Shown: positions 8,860-16,508 of the stretch, piece by piece
Position numbering within the stretch: position 1 is the stretch's first letter
How the letters are laid out: every line of letters begins with the position of its first letter
Assembly (NCBI GenBank): GCA_964582755.1
Contig: CAZOTR010000003.1
Location: 1-24,000, forward strand
Source of the DNA: an uncultured Methylococcaceae bacterium
Lineage (GTDB): Bacteria; Pseudomonadota; Gammaproteobacteria; Methylococcales; Methylococcaceae
Direction of reading: 5' to 3'
Length of the DNA: 24,000 nucleotides
Notes under the pieces: model-generated
What the model saw: the letters and a program-made list of their open reading frames with translations, nothing else
Told to the model about the DNA's origin: nothing
The model's database searches: none
Position numbers and translations under genes: made by a program

Positions 8860-9510
8860 ATGTTCAAACGATTTTCCTTACTGCAGCCATTGGCCCTGTT
8901 TGCCTTCTTGTCCGGCTTGGCATTTATTCCTGTCCAGGCTGGGGCGGATGAACTCATGCAAAGCAATCTGGGAACGTCGCCGGCATGGAAGTCATGGGAT
9001 CGGATGACCGTCACCGCGCCCCGATCACTGTCCAAGACCAAAACCCTCCAGCTTCCCGATTTCCTGCTGAAGATATGGGCGAATGAAATTGCCGCGAATG
9101 ACGATAAATACTTGAAGGACGGCAACGGACAACTCATTAAAAATGGACATGCGCCTGCCGAAGCGCTGTATTCGGTGTACCACGATGGCGATCTGACGGT
9201 AATCGTCAGCCTGTTGAACACCGCCAAGTATTGCCAGGACGGCCCAAATGATTCCGCCAGCACCCAGATTCACTCCACCTGCCCCGTCCGCGTGACCGTG
9301 ACGCGGGGCGGTGAGTCCAAGAGCCTTAATTATCCCGAGGCGTGTTTCCTGGATATTAGCTACGGCAATCCGCCCGGTGGCCCAGACCCTCTCACCAACG
9401 CATCGCTGACCCGGTATGACCGGCAGGCAGGCGTGGTCGAGCTGGTGGCGATCCGCGACAACCGGTCCCTGCCCGAGTGCGCAAAACAGTTGAAGGTTCC
9501 GCCCCTGTGA
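8860..9510 (+). CDS. Secreted protein of unknown function
   Basis: 216 aa. N-terminal signal peptide MFKRFSLLQPLALFAFLSGLAFIPVQA|GA. No family recognised. Confidence 0.6.
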   Translation: MFKRFSLLQPLALFAFLSGLAFIPVQAGADELMQSNLGTSPAWKSWDRMTVTAPRSLSKTKTLQLPDFLLKIWANEIAANDDKYLKDGNGQLIKNGHAPAEALYSVYHDGDLTVIVSLLNTAKYCQDGPNDSASTQIHSTCPVRVTVTRGGESKSLNYPEACFLDISYGNPPGGPDPLTNASLTRYDRQAGVVELVAIRDNRSLPECAKQLKVPPL

Positions 9511-10379
9511 TTGGACTGTTCCGTTCCCTACTGCTGATGCTGGCGCTGTTTTCAGCGGCACCGGCTTCGGCCCAACAGTTGGGGCCGAAAGTGGTAGTGA
9601 CTGCCGCACAGGTTGCCGCCGCCATCAGTAATTCCCCGTTGAGTCCCAGCCTCCAGGCTTATGCCGCCGATATTGGCAAGCTGGCGATCAACGTCGAATC
9701 GGGCGGCAATCTGGGTGTTTATAACGGAACCTGCTGCACAGGCGTGTTGCAGGTGAACAAAGGCGGCTTGGCGAAGTATTGCGATTGTACCTCGGAGGAA
9801 TACGCCAACATGTCCCTCCAACAGCAGGTCGATGTGTGGGCAAAACTCACTAACGCCAATGCCAATAACTCGACCGTTCAGGGTTTGATGGGAATGGGTA
9901 GTTTTGGCGAGAAGCCGGTGACCGGGGCGATGGTGCTGTCGTGCATCCAGATCGGGCCGGGTAATTGCGCCAAGACGATTAAGGCGGGGACTTGCGCGAC
10001 CAGCGCCGGATCGGACGGCAACGGCAACAACTTCTGCGACTTCGCGGCCAAGATCAATGGCGCGAGCGGTTCCAGTCCCGTGGCCATAACCGATATCAAC
10101 ACGCCGTCGGGCGCGGCCCCGCCTTTGCTGCCGAGCGCGAATTACCAGTATCCTTCCACCGAGGACGCTTTTCTTACCGGGGCTGGGGTGGATATGTCCC
10201 AGTCGAAAGACCTGGTGTTGTCGGCGTTGTCGGTGGCGATGTTCCTGTGGACTGCCTGGGTGGCGCTGGCCCAGTACGGCTCGTGGCGGCAAGGCCGCAT
10301 CGACTGGATGACCCTGCAAACCAATATCATCGGCTCGACCGTCTTGACGCTGTTGGTTCTCGGCCTGACGCTCGCCTGA
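9507..10379 (+). CDS. Exported, C-terminally membrane-anchored protein, possibly lysozyme/SLT-like
   Basis: Start moved to GTG 9507, which forms a GTGA overlap with the upstream stop. This gives the signal peptide VIGLFRSLLLMLALFSAAPASA|QQ. The segment INVESGGNLGVYNGTCCTGVLQV is reminiscent of the ES...G..Q lytic-transglycosylase motif (weak). It is Cys-rich and has two C-terminal hydrophobic helices. Confidence 0.5.
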   Translation: MIGLFRSLLLMLALFSAAPASAQQLGPKVVVTAAQVAAAISNSPLSPSLQAYAADIGKLAINVESGGNLGVYNGTCCTGVLQVNKGGLAKYCDCTSEEYANMSLQQQVDVWAKLTNANANNSTVQGLMGMGSFGEKPVTGAMVLSCIQIGPGNCAKTIKAGTCATSAGSDGNGNNFCDFAAKINGASGSSPVAITDINTPSGAAPPLLPSANYQYPSTEDAFLTGAGVDMSQSKDLVLSALSVAMFLWTAWVALAQYGSWRQGRIDWMTLQTNIIGSTVLTLLVLGLTLA

Positions 10380-10388
10380 TTTCCAAGC

Positions 10389-10598
10389 GTGGCGGCTGCG
10401 TTTTCAGCCGTACCCTTTGCCGCCGTGTGCCTACGCTTCCGGCGGCGGATTCCCCAGGGAATCCTGTAGGCGTCACAGGCCGCAAGGCCTTTCCACTTCG
10501 GGATCGCCGATCCCTTCTTTTCACCACACCCGACGGGGAAACACAGCCCCGCCGGGGGCTGCGTTTCCCCGTTTTTTCATTCAAAGCGGAGAAACACC
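10389..10598 (+). repeat. Structured ICE leader element, copy B (full, short form)
   Basis: Six successive hairpins, including gccgccg/cggcggc, ggattcc/ggaatcc, aggcc-gcaa-ggcct and gggatc/gatccc. The last is the nested terminal hairpin cggggaaac...gtttccccg + T6, then GGAGAAACACC-ATG of the DUF3577 gene. Confidence 0.85.
10534..10577 (+). terminator. Intrinsic-terminator-like hairpin + T6 inside copy B, 21 nt upstream of the ATG
   Basis: cggggaaac-acagccccgccgggggctgc-gtttccccg followed by tttttt. GC-rich 9-bp outer stem with an inner 7-bp stem. Confidence 0.5.
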
Positions 10599-11051
10599 AT
10601 GAGCGACAACACAAATACCCCATCCAATTATTTTGACTTGCATGTGACCGGCCTGGGCTATCTGAACCGTGTCCGGGAGGTCAAGGTTCCGCGCGGCAAG
10701 CCATTTTTGGCCGCGAGCATCGCGGCCCTGCACGGCGCGTCGGACTCGGTTGAAAAGACTTGGTTCGACGTGCGCGTCTCCGGGCAGGAGGCGCAGAAGG
10801 TGGTCCGGGATCTGATGCCCGACGCCGAAGCCGGCAAATCGGTTTTGGTCGGCTTCAAACTGGGCGACCTGACTGCGGAAACCTTTGTTTACGAGAAAGG
10901 CCCGAAGGCCGGACAAACCGGCGTCAGCCTGAAAGCCCGGCTGCTACGCATCGCCTGGGCCAAGGTTGACGGCAAGACGGTCTACACGGCCCCGAAAGAC
11001 GCCCAGCCCGCCGACGACAGGCAAGGCAGCGCCTTGCCCGAAGCGGCCTGA
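10599..11051 (+). CDS. DUF3577-family SSB-like ICE protein (STY4534-type)
   Basis: 150 aa. YFDLHVTGLGYLNRVREVKVPRGKPFLAASIAALHG ... VSLKARLLRIAWAKVDG matches my memory of the DUF3577/STY4534 family conserved in SPI-7/PAPI-1/ICEclc-type elements. Confidence 0.75.
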   Translation: MSDNTNTPSNYFDLHVTGLGYLNRVREVKVPRGKPFLAASIAALHGASDSVEKTWFDVRVSGQEAQKVVRDLMPDAEAGKSVLVGFKLGDLTAETFVYEKGPKAGQTGVSLKARLLRIAWAKVDGKTVYTAPKDAQPADDRQGSALPEAA

Positions 11052-11180
11052 CCGTTGGCTCCATCTGCCGCCCGCCAGAAACCGCAAGGTTTTCTGGTAG
11101 GCGGCTCCTATAGCCAATTCAATCGCCCAATTCTTCAATCCAAATTTTCAAGCAAGTGTTGTAAACTTTGATCTTCACTC

Positions 11181-11245
11181 GTGGCGACTGCGACTCAGCC
11201 GCACCCTTTGCCTAGGCTTTCCAGGCGTGTCTGCGCTTCCCTGGA
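11181..11245 (+). repeat. Structured ICE leader element, copy C (partial: first two hairpins only)
   Basis: gtggcgactgcgactcagccgcaccctttgcc is near-identical to copies E and F. The second hairpin keeps the loop cgtgtctgcgcttc, but its stem is replaced by ccagg/cctgg. Confidence 0.6.
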
Positions 11246-11474
11246 CGCGATAATCTATCTTCCGTCGATCAACGTAATCTTCGGATGGTCGCGAGCAGAC
11301 GTCCCAAACCGCCCATTGACATGACAGCGGTTCTAACCAGCGTCGGTATGTGAAAAGCCCGCCGCGTTTTCCAATTCGTCCGGGGATTTAAGCGTCCCCG
11401 GACACCCCACAACCCTGACAGGGCACTTGCCCGGTCATGGGAAGTGCCTTGCGTTTTCAGCAAGAGGCAACCCC

Positions 11475-12077
11475 ATGATCAACTTATCAGGAAATCTTTA
11501 CATACGTTCGGTCCACGGCCGCAACGGCGATTTCTCGGTCGGCCGGCTGGTCACCGACATTGGCGAGTTCGTCCTGCGCGACGAGTTCCTTAGGCAGTAC
11601 GGCGAGGGCCATTACCAAGGCGAGTTCGGCATTGCCGAAATCTTCCCGGCCAGCTATGTGGCTGGAGGCCGCATGGTGATCGAAATCCGCGCCACTTTGG
11701 CTTCATTGGCCTTGGCGGCGATTGACGACCTGCCCGGCGGGCAAGCGGAATCCGCAGTATCGGCGGAATCTGCTCTGATTGGCCCGGAAGCCGGGGAAGC
11801 TACGCCCCCATCCAAAGCGACATCCAGGCGCAACAAGCCGGGTGTGGCGAAACCTCCAAACGATGGACAGCCTGCCCAAAACGAGATATTTCCCCCCACG
11901 GGAGATGCCTGCGACGACGGGGCCGACGCTCATTTGTTCGGTGCCTTGTGGCCGCTGGGCGACACCGTGAGGCTGGACACATCGGTCAGCCGGGCCTTGT
12001 TCCGCCAGCAAAAAGAGCGGATGAAGGCGCTGGGGTACACGTTCCAAGCGTCCGGCCAACTGTGGGTTCGGACGTGA
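11475..12077 (+). CDS. DUF3275-family ICE protein
   Basis: Start chosen at ATG 11475 (MINLSGNLYIRSVHGRNGDFSVGRLVTDIGEFVLRDE...YVAGGRMVIEIRA). This N-terminal pattern is what I recall for DUF3275. The upstream part of the track ORF (from 11427) has no RBS support. Confidence 0.65.
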   Translation: MINLSGNLYIRSVHGRNGDFSVGRLVTDIGEFVLRDEFLRQYGEGHYQGEFGIAEIFPASYVAGGRMVIEIRATLASLALAAIDDLPGGQAESAVSAESALIGPEAGEATPPSKATSRRNKPGVAKPPNDGQPAQNEIFPPTGDACDDGADAHLFGALWPLGDTVRLDTSVSRALFRQQKERMKALGYTFQASGQLWVRT

Positions 12078-12127
12078 AATTCCTGGCGCAAGGCTTTGCC
12101 TTGCGCCCGGCAACCGGATTTCCAAGC

Positions 12128-12341
12128 GTGGCGGCTGCGTTTCCAGCCGCACCCTTTGCCGCCGTGTGCCTACGCTGCCGGCGGCGGATTCCCCAAGGAA
12201 TCCTGTAGGCGTCTTAAGGCCTCAAGGCCTTTTTCACTTAGGGATCGCCGATCCCGTCTTTTCACCACACCCAGCGGGAGAACGCATCCCCGCGCCGGGT
12301 CTGCGTTTCTCCGTTTTTTTCATTCCATTCGGAGAAACGCC
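12128..12341 (+). repeat. Structured ICE leader element, copy D (full, short form)
   Basis: Collinear with copy B, including the shared 5' flank gatttccaagc. Terminal hairpin + T7, then GGAGAAACGCC-ATG. Confidence 0.85.
12275..12320 (+). terminator. Intrinsic-terminator-like hairpin + T7 inside copy D, 21 nt upstream of the ATG
   Basis: cgggagaacgca...tgcgtttctccg followed by ttttttt. Confidence 0.5.
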
Positions 12342-13253
12342 ATGAGCAACAAGCACGAAATCACTTATACCCTCGGCTACCTGCACCGGGTCACGGTGGG
12401 GGTTGAAGCCGACAACGGGGAGGCGGCGCTGCGCATCGCCCAACAAGCTTTTGATAACGGTTTGATCTGGGACGACACCCCGGCCATGCCGCTGTTGTAC
12501 GACGATTTTGAGGAGAACGGCGACGGTTTGGACTGGGAAGTCCAGGCGGTCGAGGCGTTTAGCCAGCAAGATCCTTCCGTCAAGGTTCTACAGGCCCAGC
12601 GGAAGGCGTTGGAAGCCTGCCGGGCACTGGTTGCCGCCTATGCAGCCGGCGAAGAGGGCGACGGTTCCGTGTCTTGGGAAGACCTGGACTCCGTGCATGG
12701 GCTTGCCCGGCAAGCCCTGGCTTTGCTGGACGATTCCGCGATGGCATCCGCCCGCGCCACCGGCCCCAAAGCTAGGAAGTTGGCGGAAGCGGATTCGGCG
12801 CGCCCAAGCGATGCGTCTTCACTGCCCACGGTGGCCGATGTCCCACTGCGCCGCATCGTCGAGAGACTGGCGCAGTTGAAGATGTGGGATTTCGACGAAC
12901 GCGACGCCGATGACGACGGAAGCCTGGCCGCCAAGGAAATCGACGACGAAACGGATTGGCTGGACAGCCACATTTTGCTGATGACTTTCATCCGCGATGC
13001 CAGGAGGGCATTGCAGTCCGCCAAGCCTCCGCGTCTGGCCGTTGTGCTGGAGGTCGGAATCGTCCATGCGGTGGTGTCGGACAACGCCGTTGATCTGGCG
13101 GTGGCCGTCATCGACTACGACATCGAAGGTGCCGATGACGATGAATTGTCTTCGGTTCCGCAGGGCGACGGCACCTGCGTGGATGCCGTGGTGGGTTGCT
13201 GGAATGCGACCCCGGCGGCCATCGACCTTGACGCGGTGTTTGCCGCTTCATGA
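12342..13253 (+). CDS. Acidic hypothetical ICE protein
   Basis: Start chosen at ATG 12342 (MSNKHEITYTLGYLHRV...), directly after the conserved GGAGAAACGCC. The 82 codons upstream in the track ORF lie in repeat copy D. Asp/Glu clearly outnumber Lys/Arg by eye. No family recognised. Confidence 0.6.
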   Translation: MSNKHEITYTLGYLHRVTVGVEADNGEAALRIAQQAFDNGLIWDDTPAMPLLYDDFEENGDGLDWEVQAVEAFSQQDPSVKVLQAQRKALEACRALVAAYAAGEEGDGSVSWEDLDSVHGLARQALALLDDSAMASARATGPKARKLAEADSARPSDASSLPTVADVPLRRIVERLAQLKMWDFDERDADDDGSLAAKEIDDETDWLDSHILLMTFIRDARRALQSAKPPRLAVVLEVGIVHAVVSDNAVDLAVAVIDYDIEGADDDELSSVPQGDGTCVDAVVGCWNATPAAIDLDAVFAAS

Positions 13254-13296
13254 AGACCCAGCGTTTGACTGAAACCCATGCCCGGAGGAGGAAACC

Positions 13297-14382
13297 ATGA
13301 ACGCCCGTAAACTCGAAGCAGGCCCAGTCCGCGAGGCGGTGCGGGGGCGCTGGGTGCCGGTGCTGCAAGCATTGGCACCCGAATTGGACGCGGCGCTGGC
13401 TAAACCCGGCAGGCATGTGGCTTGCCCGATGCATGGCGGTCGCGATGGGTTCCGCCTGTTCAAAGATGCGGAAACTTCCGGTGGCGGGATCTGCAACACC
13501 TGCGGCGCGTTTCCCGACGGCTTCAGCCTGTTGCAGTGGCTCAAGGGCTGGAATTTTCCGCAGGCGCTCGGGGCGGTGGATGCAGCCATCGGCGGCGTGG
13601 CTTTGACCCGCGTGGCTTTGTCAGAACCGGCGTTGCCGGCCAAGACTCAACCCCGCAAGACTGCCTCCGAAGACGGCCAAATCCGTCGGCGTCTGGCGGA
13701 GACCTGGGCGCAATCCGAGCATTGGCGGGATGCCCTGTCCCAACCGCTGCGGGACTACCTGGCCCATCGCGGTTTGGACACCGGCATTTTGCAAGGCGTG
13801 GAGGCCATCCGCTTCCATCCGGGCTTGCGCTACCACGACGAGGACGGCCACTACGGCGGCACGTTTCCGGTCATGCTGGCTCGGGTGTCCGACGCGCACG
13901 GCAAACCGGTGACACTCCACCGCACTTACCTGACCGAAGCGGGCAGGAAAGCGTCGGTGGAAAACCCGAAGCGAATGATGCCGGTGCCATCGGATCAACC
14001 GGTCTTGGGCGGCGCTATTCGCTTAGGCGTTGCCGAGCCGGTCATCGATTTGGCCGAAGGCATCGAAACCGCCTTGGCCGTGCGCCAGGCAACCGGGCTT
14101 CCGGTGTGGAGCGCGGTCAGCGCCACGCTGTTGGCGGGCTTCGATCCACCGCCCGGAACCCACAAGCTGCGGATCTGGTGCGACCGGGACCGCAAGGGCG
14201 TAGGCGAGGAGGCGGCGCAGAAACTGGCGGAGCGTCTCGCTGAGAGGGGCATTCCAACCGAGTTGCTGATTCCGCCCGAGGCGATGCTTCGGGATGGCAA
14301 AAGCGTTGACTGGTTGGATGTCCTCAACGAGTACGGTTCTGCGGTTTTCCCGCTGTCGCCAAATCGGTGGGCGGCGGCATAA
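13297..14382 (+). CDS. Primase-like protein: P4-alpha-type zinc ribbon + Toprim domain
   Basis: 361 aa. RBS GGAGGAGGA. Zn-binding pattern HVACPMHGG ... ICNTCG. Toprim Glu in IDLAEGIETALAV and an acidic cluster in WCDRDRKGVGEEAAQ. No helicase domain is attached. Confidence 0.75.
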   Translation: MNARKLEAGPVREAVRGRWVPVLQALAPELDAALAKPGRHVACPMHGGRDGFRLFKDAETSGGGICNTCGAFPDGFSLLQWLKGWNFPQALGAVDAAIGGVALTRVALSEPALPAKTQPRKTASEDGQIRRRLAETWAQSEHWRDALSQPLRDYLAHRGLDTGILQGVEAIRFHPGLRYHDEDGHYGGTFPVMLARVSDAHGKPVTLHRTYLTEAGRKASVENPKRMMPVPSDQPVLGGAIRLGVAEPVIDLAEGIETALAVRQATGLPVWSAVSATLLAGFDPPPGTHKLRIWCDRDRKGVGEEAAQKLAERLAERGIPTELLIPPEAMLRDGKSVDWLDVLNEYGSAVFPLSPNRWAAA

Positions 14383-14429
14383 GGGCAGGTTCTGACTTGG
14401 CCTGAGAGTGTTGTTTTGTTGTTCGACCC

Positions 14430-14488
14430 ATCCGGGGAAATTCCCCGGACTGGGGGGTTCTCCGGACTTTAACCTGAGGAGAAACCCC
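14430..14488 (+). repeat. Structured ICE leader element, copy H (terminal-hairpin module only, no T-tract)
   Basis: ccggggaaattccccggactggggggttctccgg aligns with the terminal module of copy F (ccggggaaacctttccccggcgggacaggtttctccgg). It is followed by GAGGAGAAACCCC-ATG. Confidence 0.55.
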
Positions 14489-15565
14489 ATGCAGATAGAG
14501 ATAGTAAAACTTTTCCGGGTGGCGGATGTGTTCGGCCTTTACGCCGACGCCTTCGTCCAAGACCGGCAGTCCGGCCAGTTGATCTTCGCCTCCTTCTGGG
14601 GGCGTGACACGACTATCCAGGAACTGCTGGCGCGGCTTACTTTGTCGTCATCGGAAGGCGGTCTGGCCTCGCTGGACTTCAACCCGTGCGACAACCCGGA
14701 CAACGGGCTGAACGTGTCCATCGGCGATCCGAACCGGCTCGACAAGTTGACTGGCAGGATGCCCGCCGACAATTTGTTCGGCGCGGTGGCGCAGTTGTGG
14801 CTCTATGACCGCAAGGCCGTGGAACCCGATCATGCCAGCCGTCGGGCTTTGTTGCTGACCGGCGAAGACGTGTCCGACGGGCAATGCGGCAGCGCACCTG
14901 AGGACGAAAAGGTCTGGGCGCTGTTCAAGACGGTATCCCATCTGCCATTGCTCGACCACTGGCGGCAGGTATTGATTTCGGTCGCATTGTCCTGTGGCTG
15001 GCTGCGGATACACCCAGGCTTCCAGGTCAACGCGATTGAGTTGGATCTGGGCGTGGAGGACTACGAAGCCACGGTCAGCGAGTTGATCCGGCAAGGGCGC
15101 TTGACCCTCGAAGCGGGTGAGCCTCAAGCCGCACGGGAAGCCGATCCATTGCCCACGGTAATGTCGGCGTCAACCGATGAGAATCCGGTAACCACAGGGC
15201 GTTTGTCGGCGGAGCAGCTTGAGGATGGCTTGGCGCAATTCTACGGAACCCAACAATGGTTTCCGCATTGGCTCGTCAAGAACATGCTCTACACGGAAGG
15301 CGTCCAGTTTTTCGCCGAACAAGGCGGGGAGCAGGGGGCTTTCTGGTTTTTGGATATTGTGGCGACGGAATATTTTCAACTGCAACGGCAGGAGCCGTTC
15401 ATGCTGATCAAGCTGACCTCCAAGGACAAAAAAGCCACCGTCCAGGTGGAAAACGGCAATGGCCGGGTGTTGAAGGAAAAGAAGATCGAATACACGGATC
15501 TTCAGCCCGGCGTCTGGAAGTTTTACCTGACGGATGATGTTTTGCTGTTGCCCGGCGAGTATTGA
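14489..15565 (+). CDS. Hypothetical ICE protein with a DUF6876-like C-terminal domain
   Basis: Start chosen at ATG 14489 (MQIEIVKLF...) after the RBS GAGGAGA. The C-terminal ...YTEGVQFFAEQGGEQGAFWFLDIVATEYF...GVWKFYLTDDVLLLPGEY resembles the DUF6876 family as I recall it. Confidence 0.6.
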   Translation: MQIEIVKLFRVADVFGLYADAFVQDRQSGQLIFASFWGRDTTIQELLARLTLSSSEGGLASLDFNPCDNPDNGLNVSIGDPNRLDKLTGRMPADNLFGAVAQLWLYDRKAVEPDHASRRALLLTGEDVSDGQCGSAPEDEKVWALFKTVSHLPLLDHWRQVLISVALSCGWLRIHPGFQVNAIELDLGVEDYEATVSELIRQGRLTLEAGEPQAAREADPLPTVMSASTDENPVTTGRLSAEQLEDGLAQFYGTQQWFPHWLVKNMLYTEGVQFFAEQGGEQGAFWFLDIVATEYFQLQRQEPFMLIKLTSKDKKATVQVENGNGRVLKEKKIEYTDLQPGVWKFYLTDDVLLLPGEY

Positions 15566-15583
15566 TATTCGCCCCAGGCGGCA

Positions 15584-15855
15584 CCCCCCAGTGATTGGGG
15601 GGCTTCTTTAAGCCACCCCGACCGGGGCGGCTTAAAGAAGTCTCCGAGCAACAACGTGGCGACTGCGTTCTCAGCCGCACCCTTAGCCGTCGTGTGCCTA
15701 CACGTCCGACGGCGGATGCCGTTGGTGTCCCGTAGGCGTCACAGGCGATTAGCCTCTTCACTTCGGAACCGACGGTTCCATTTTTCCATAACCCGACGGG
15801 GAAGCCTTTCCCCTAAGGGGCAAGCTTCGCCGTTTTTTCCAATCGGAGAAGCGCC
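15584..15855 (+). repeat. Structured ICE leader element, copy E (full, long form)
   Basis: An extra 5' module: C6-agtgatt-G6 hairpin plus a 12-bp perfect stem cttctttaagcc/ggcttaaagaag. Then the common core from gtggcgactgcg (15656). Then the terminal hairpin + T6 and GGAGAAGCGCC-ATG. Confidence 0.85.
15794..15838 (+). terminator. Intrinsic-terminator-like hairpin + T6 inside copy E, 17 nt upstream of the ATG
   Basis: cgacggggaagc...gcttcgccg followed by tttttt. Confidence 0.5.
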
Positions 15856-16269
15856 ATGAACCAACATCAACATCAGCCGACATCCGGCCTGATTTACCCC
15901 TGTGACCGCTGCGGCCAGGCCAACCAGATCGTCAACCAATGCGGCTGCGATCCGGCCAACCTGCCCACTTTTGTCCAAGCGGACGACCGTTTAGTCGAGT
16001 CACTGCTCGTATTGACTGAGTTCGTCAACAACGTTAAGAACTCCAAAGCCCGGGTGGTTGCCAGCATTCTGGTCGCGCTCTGGAATGAAGACCGCGTAGT
16101 CCCCCATCTGCAATGGGTGGCGATGCTGGATCCTGTCACTTTCGAGCACGTCCTCAATGTGCTGCGGCTGGTGGCTACCGGGATACCCCTCGAAAGATTC
16201 TTGCAAGGAGGATCGGACGTTTTTGAGGGGATCATTCGGAGATATAACTTCAAGCAGAGCATCCCGTGA
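15856..16269 (+). CDS. Hypothetical ICE protein
   Basis: 137 aa. Conserved leader/RBS context directly upstream. N-terminal CDRCG...NQCGC Cys pairs. No family recognised. Confidence 0.55.
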   Translation: MNQHQHQPTSGLIYPCDRCGQANQIVNQCGCDPANLPTFVQADDRLVESLLVLTEFVNNVKNSKARVVASILVALWNEDRVVPHLQWVAMLDPVTFEHVLNVLRLVATGIPLERFLQGGSDVFEGIIRRYNFKQSIP

Positions 16270-16372
16270 ATGCGTAGGCCCAGCCTGCGCGTCATGGGAG
16301 AAATCCGGCCAGCCGGTTCGTGACTGGCGGGCTGCTTCGCTGACTTAAGGATTGGCCTCCAATTCTGATAAA

Positions 16373-16508
16373 CCGCCGCGTGCCTGCGTTGTCGGCGGCC
16401 ACCCGACAAGGGTGGGGCAGGCGTCTTTTTACTTACCTTTCGGGGAAACCTTCCCCGGCAGGGCGTGGTTTCTCCGCGAGGATCATTCCAATCCGACAGG
16501 AGAACACC
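16373..16508 (+). repeat. Structured ICE leader element, copy G (degenerate: hairpin 2 + terminal module, no T-tract)
   Basis: ccgccg-cgtgcctgcgttgt-cggcgg corresponds to hairpin 2. cggggaaaccttccccggcagggcgtggtttctccg corresponds to the terminal module. Then AGGAGAACACC-ATG. Confidence 0.55.

Noticed and set aside
11062-11180. Long hairpin after the DUF3577 gene (ccagaaacc-gcaa-ggttttctgg, extended by gccgcc/ggcggc) and an AT-rich tract with CCAATTC repeats, considered as terminator, oriT or promoter.
   Set aside because: The hairpin has no following T-tract. The AT-rich tract has only weak -35/-10 matches. No nick-site consensus is recognisable. Left unannotated because I cannot support a specific call.
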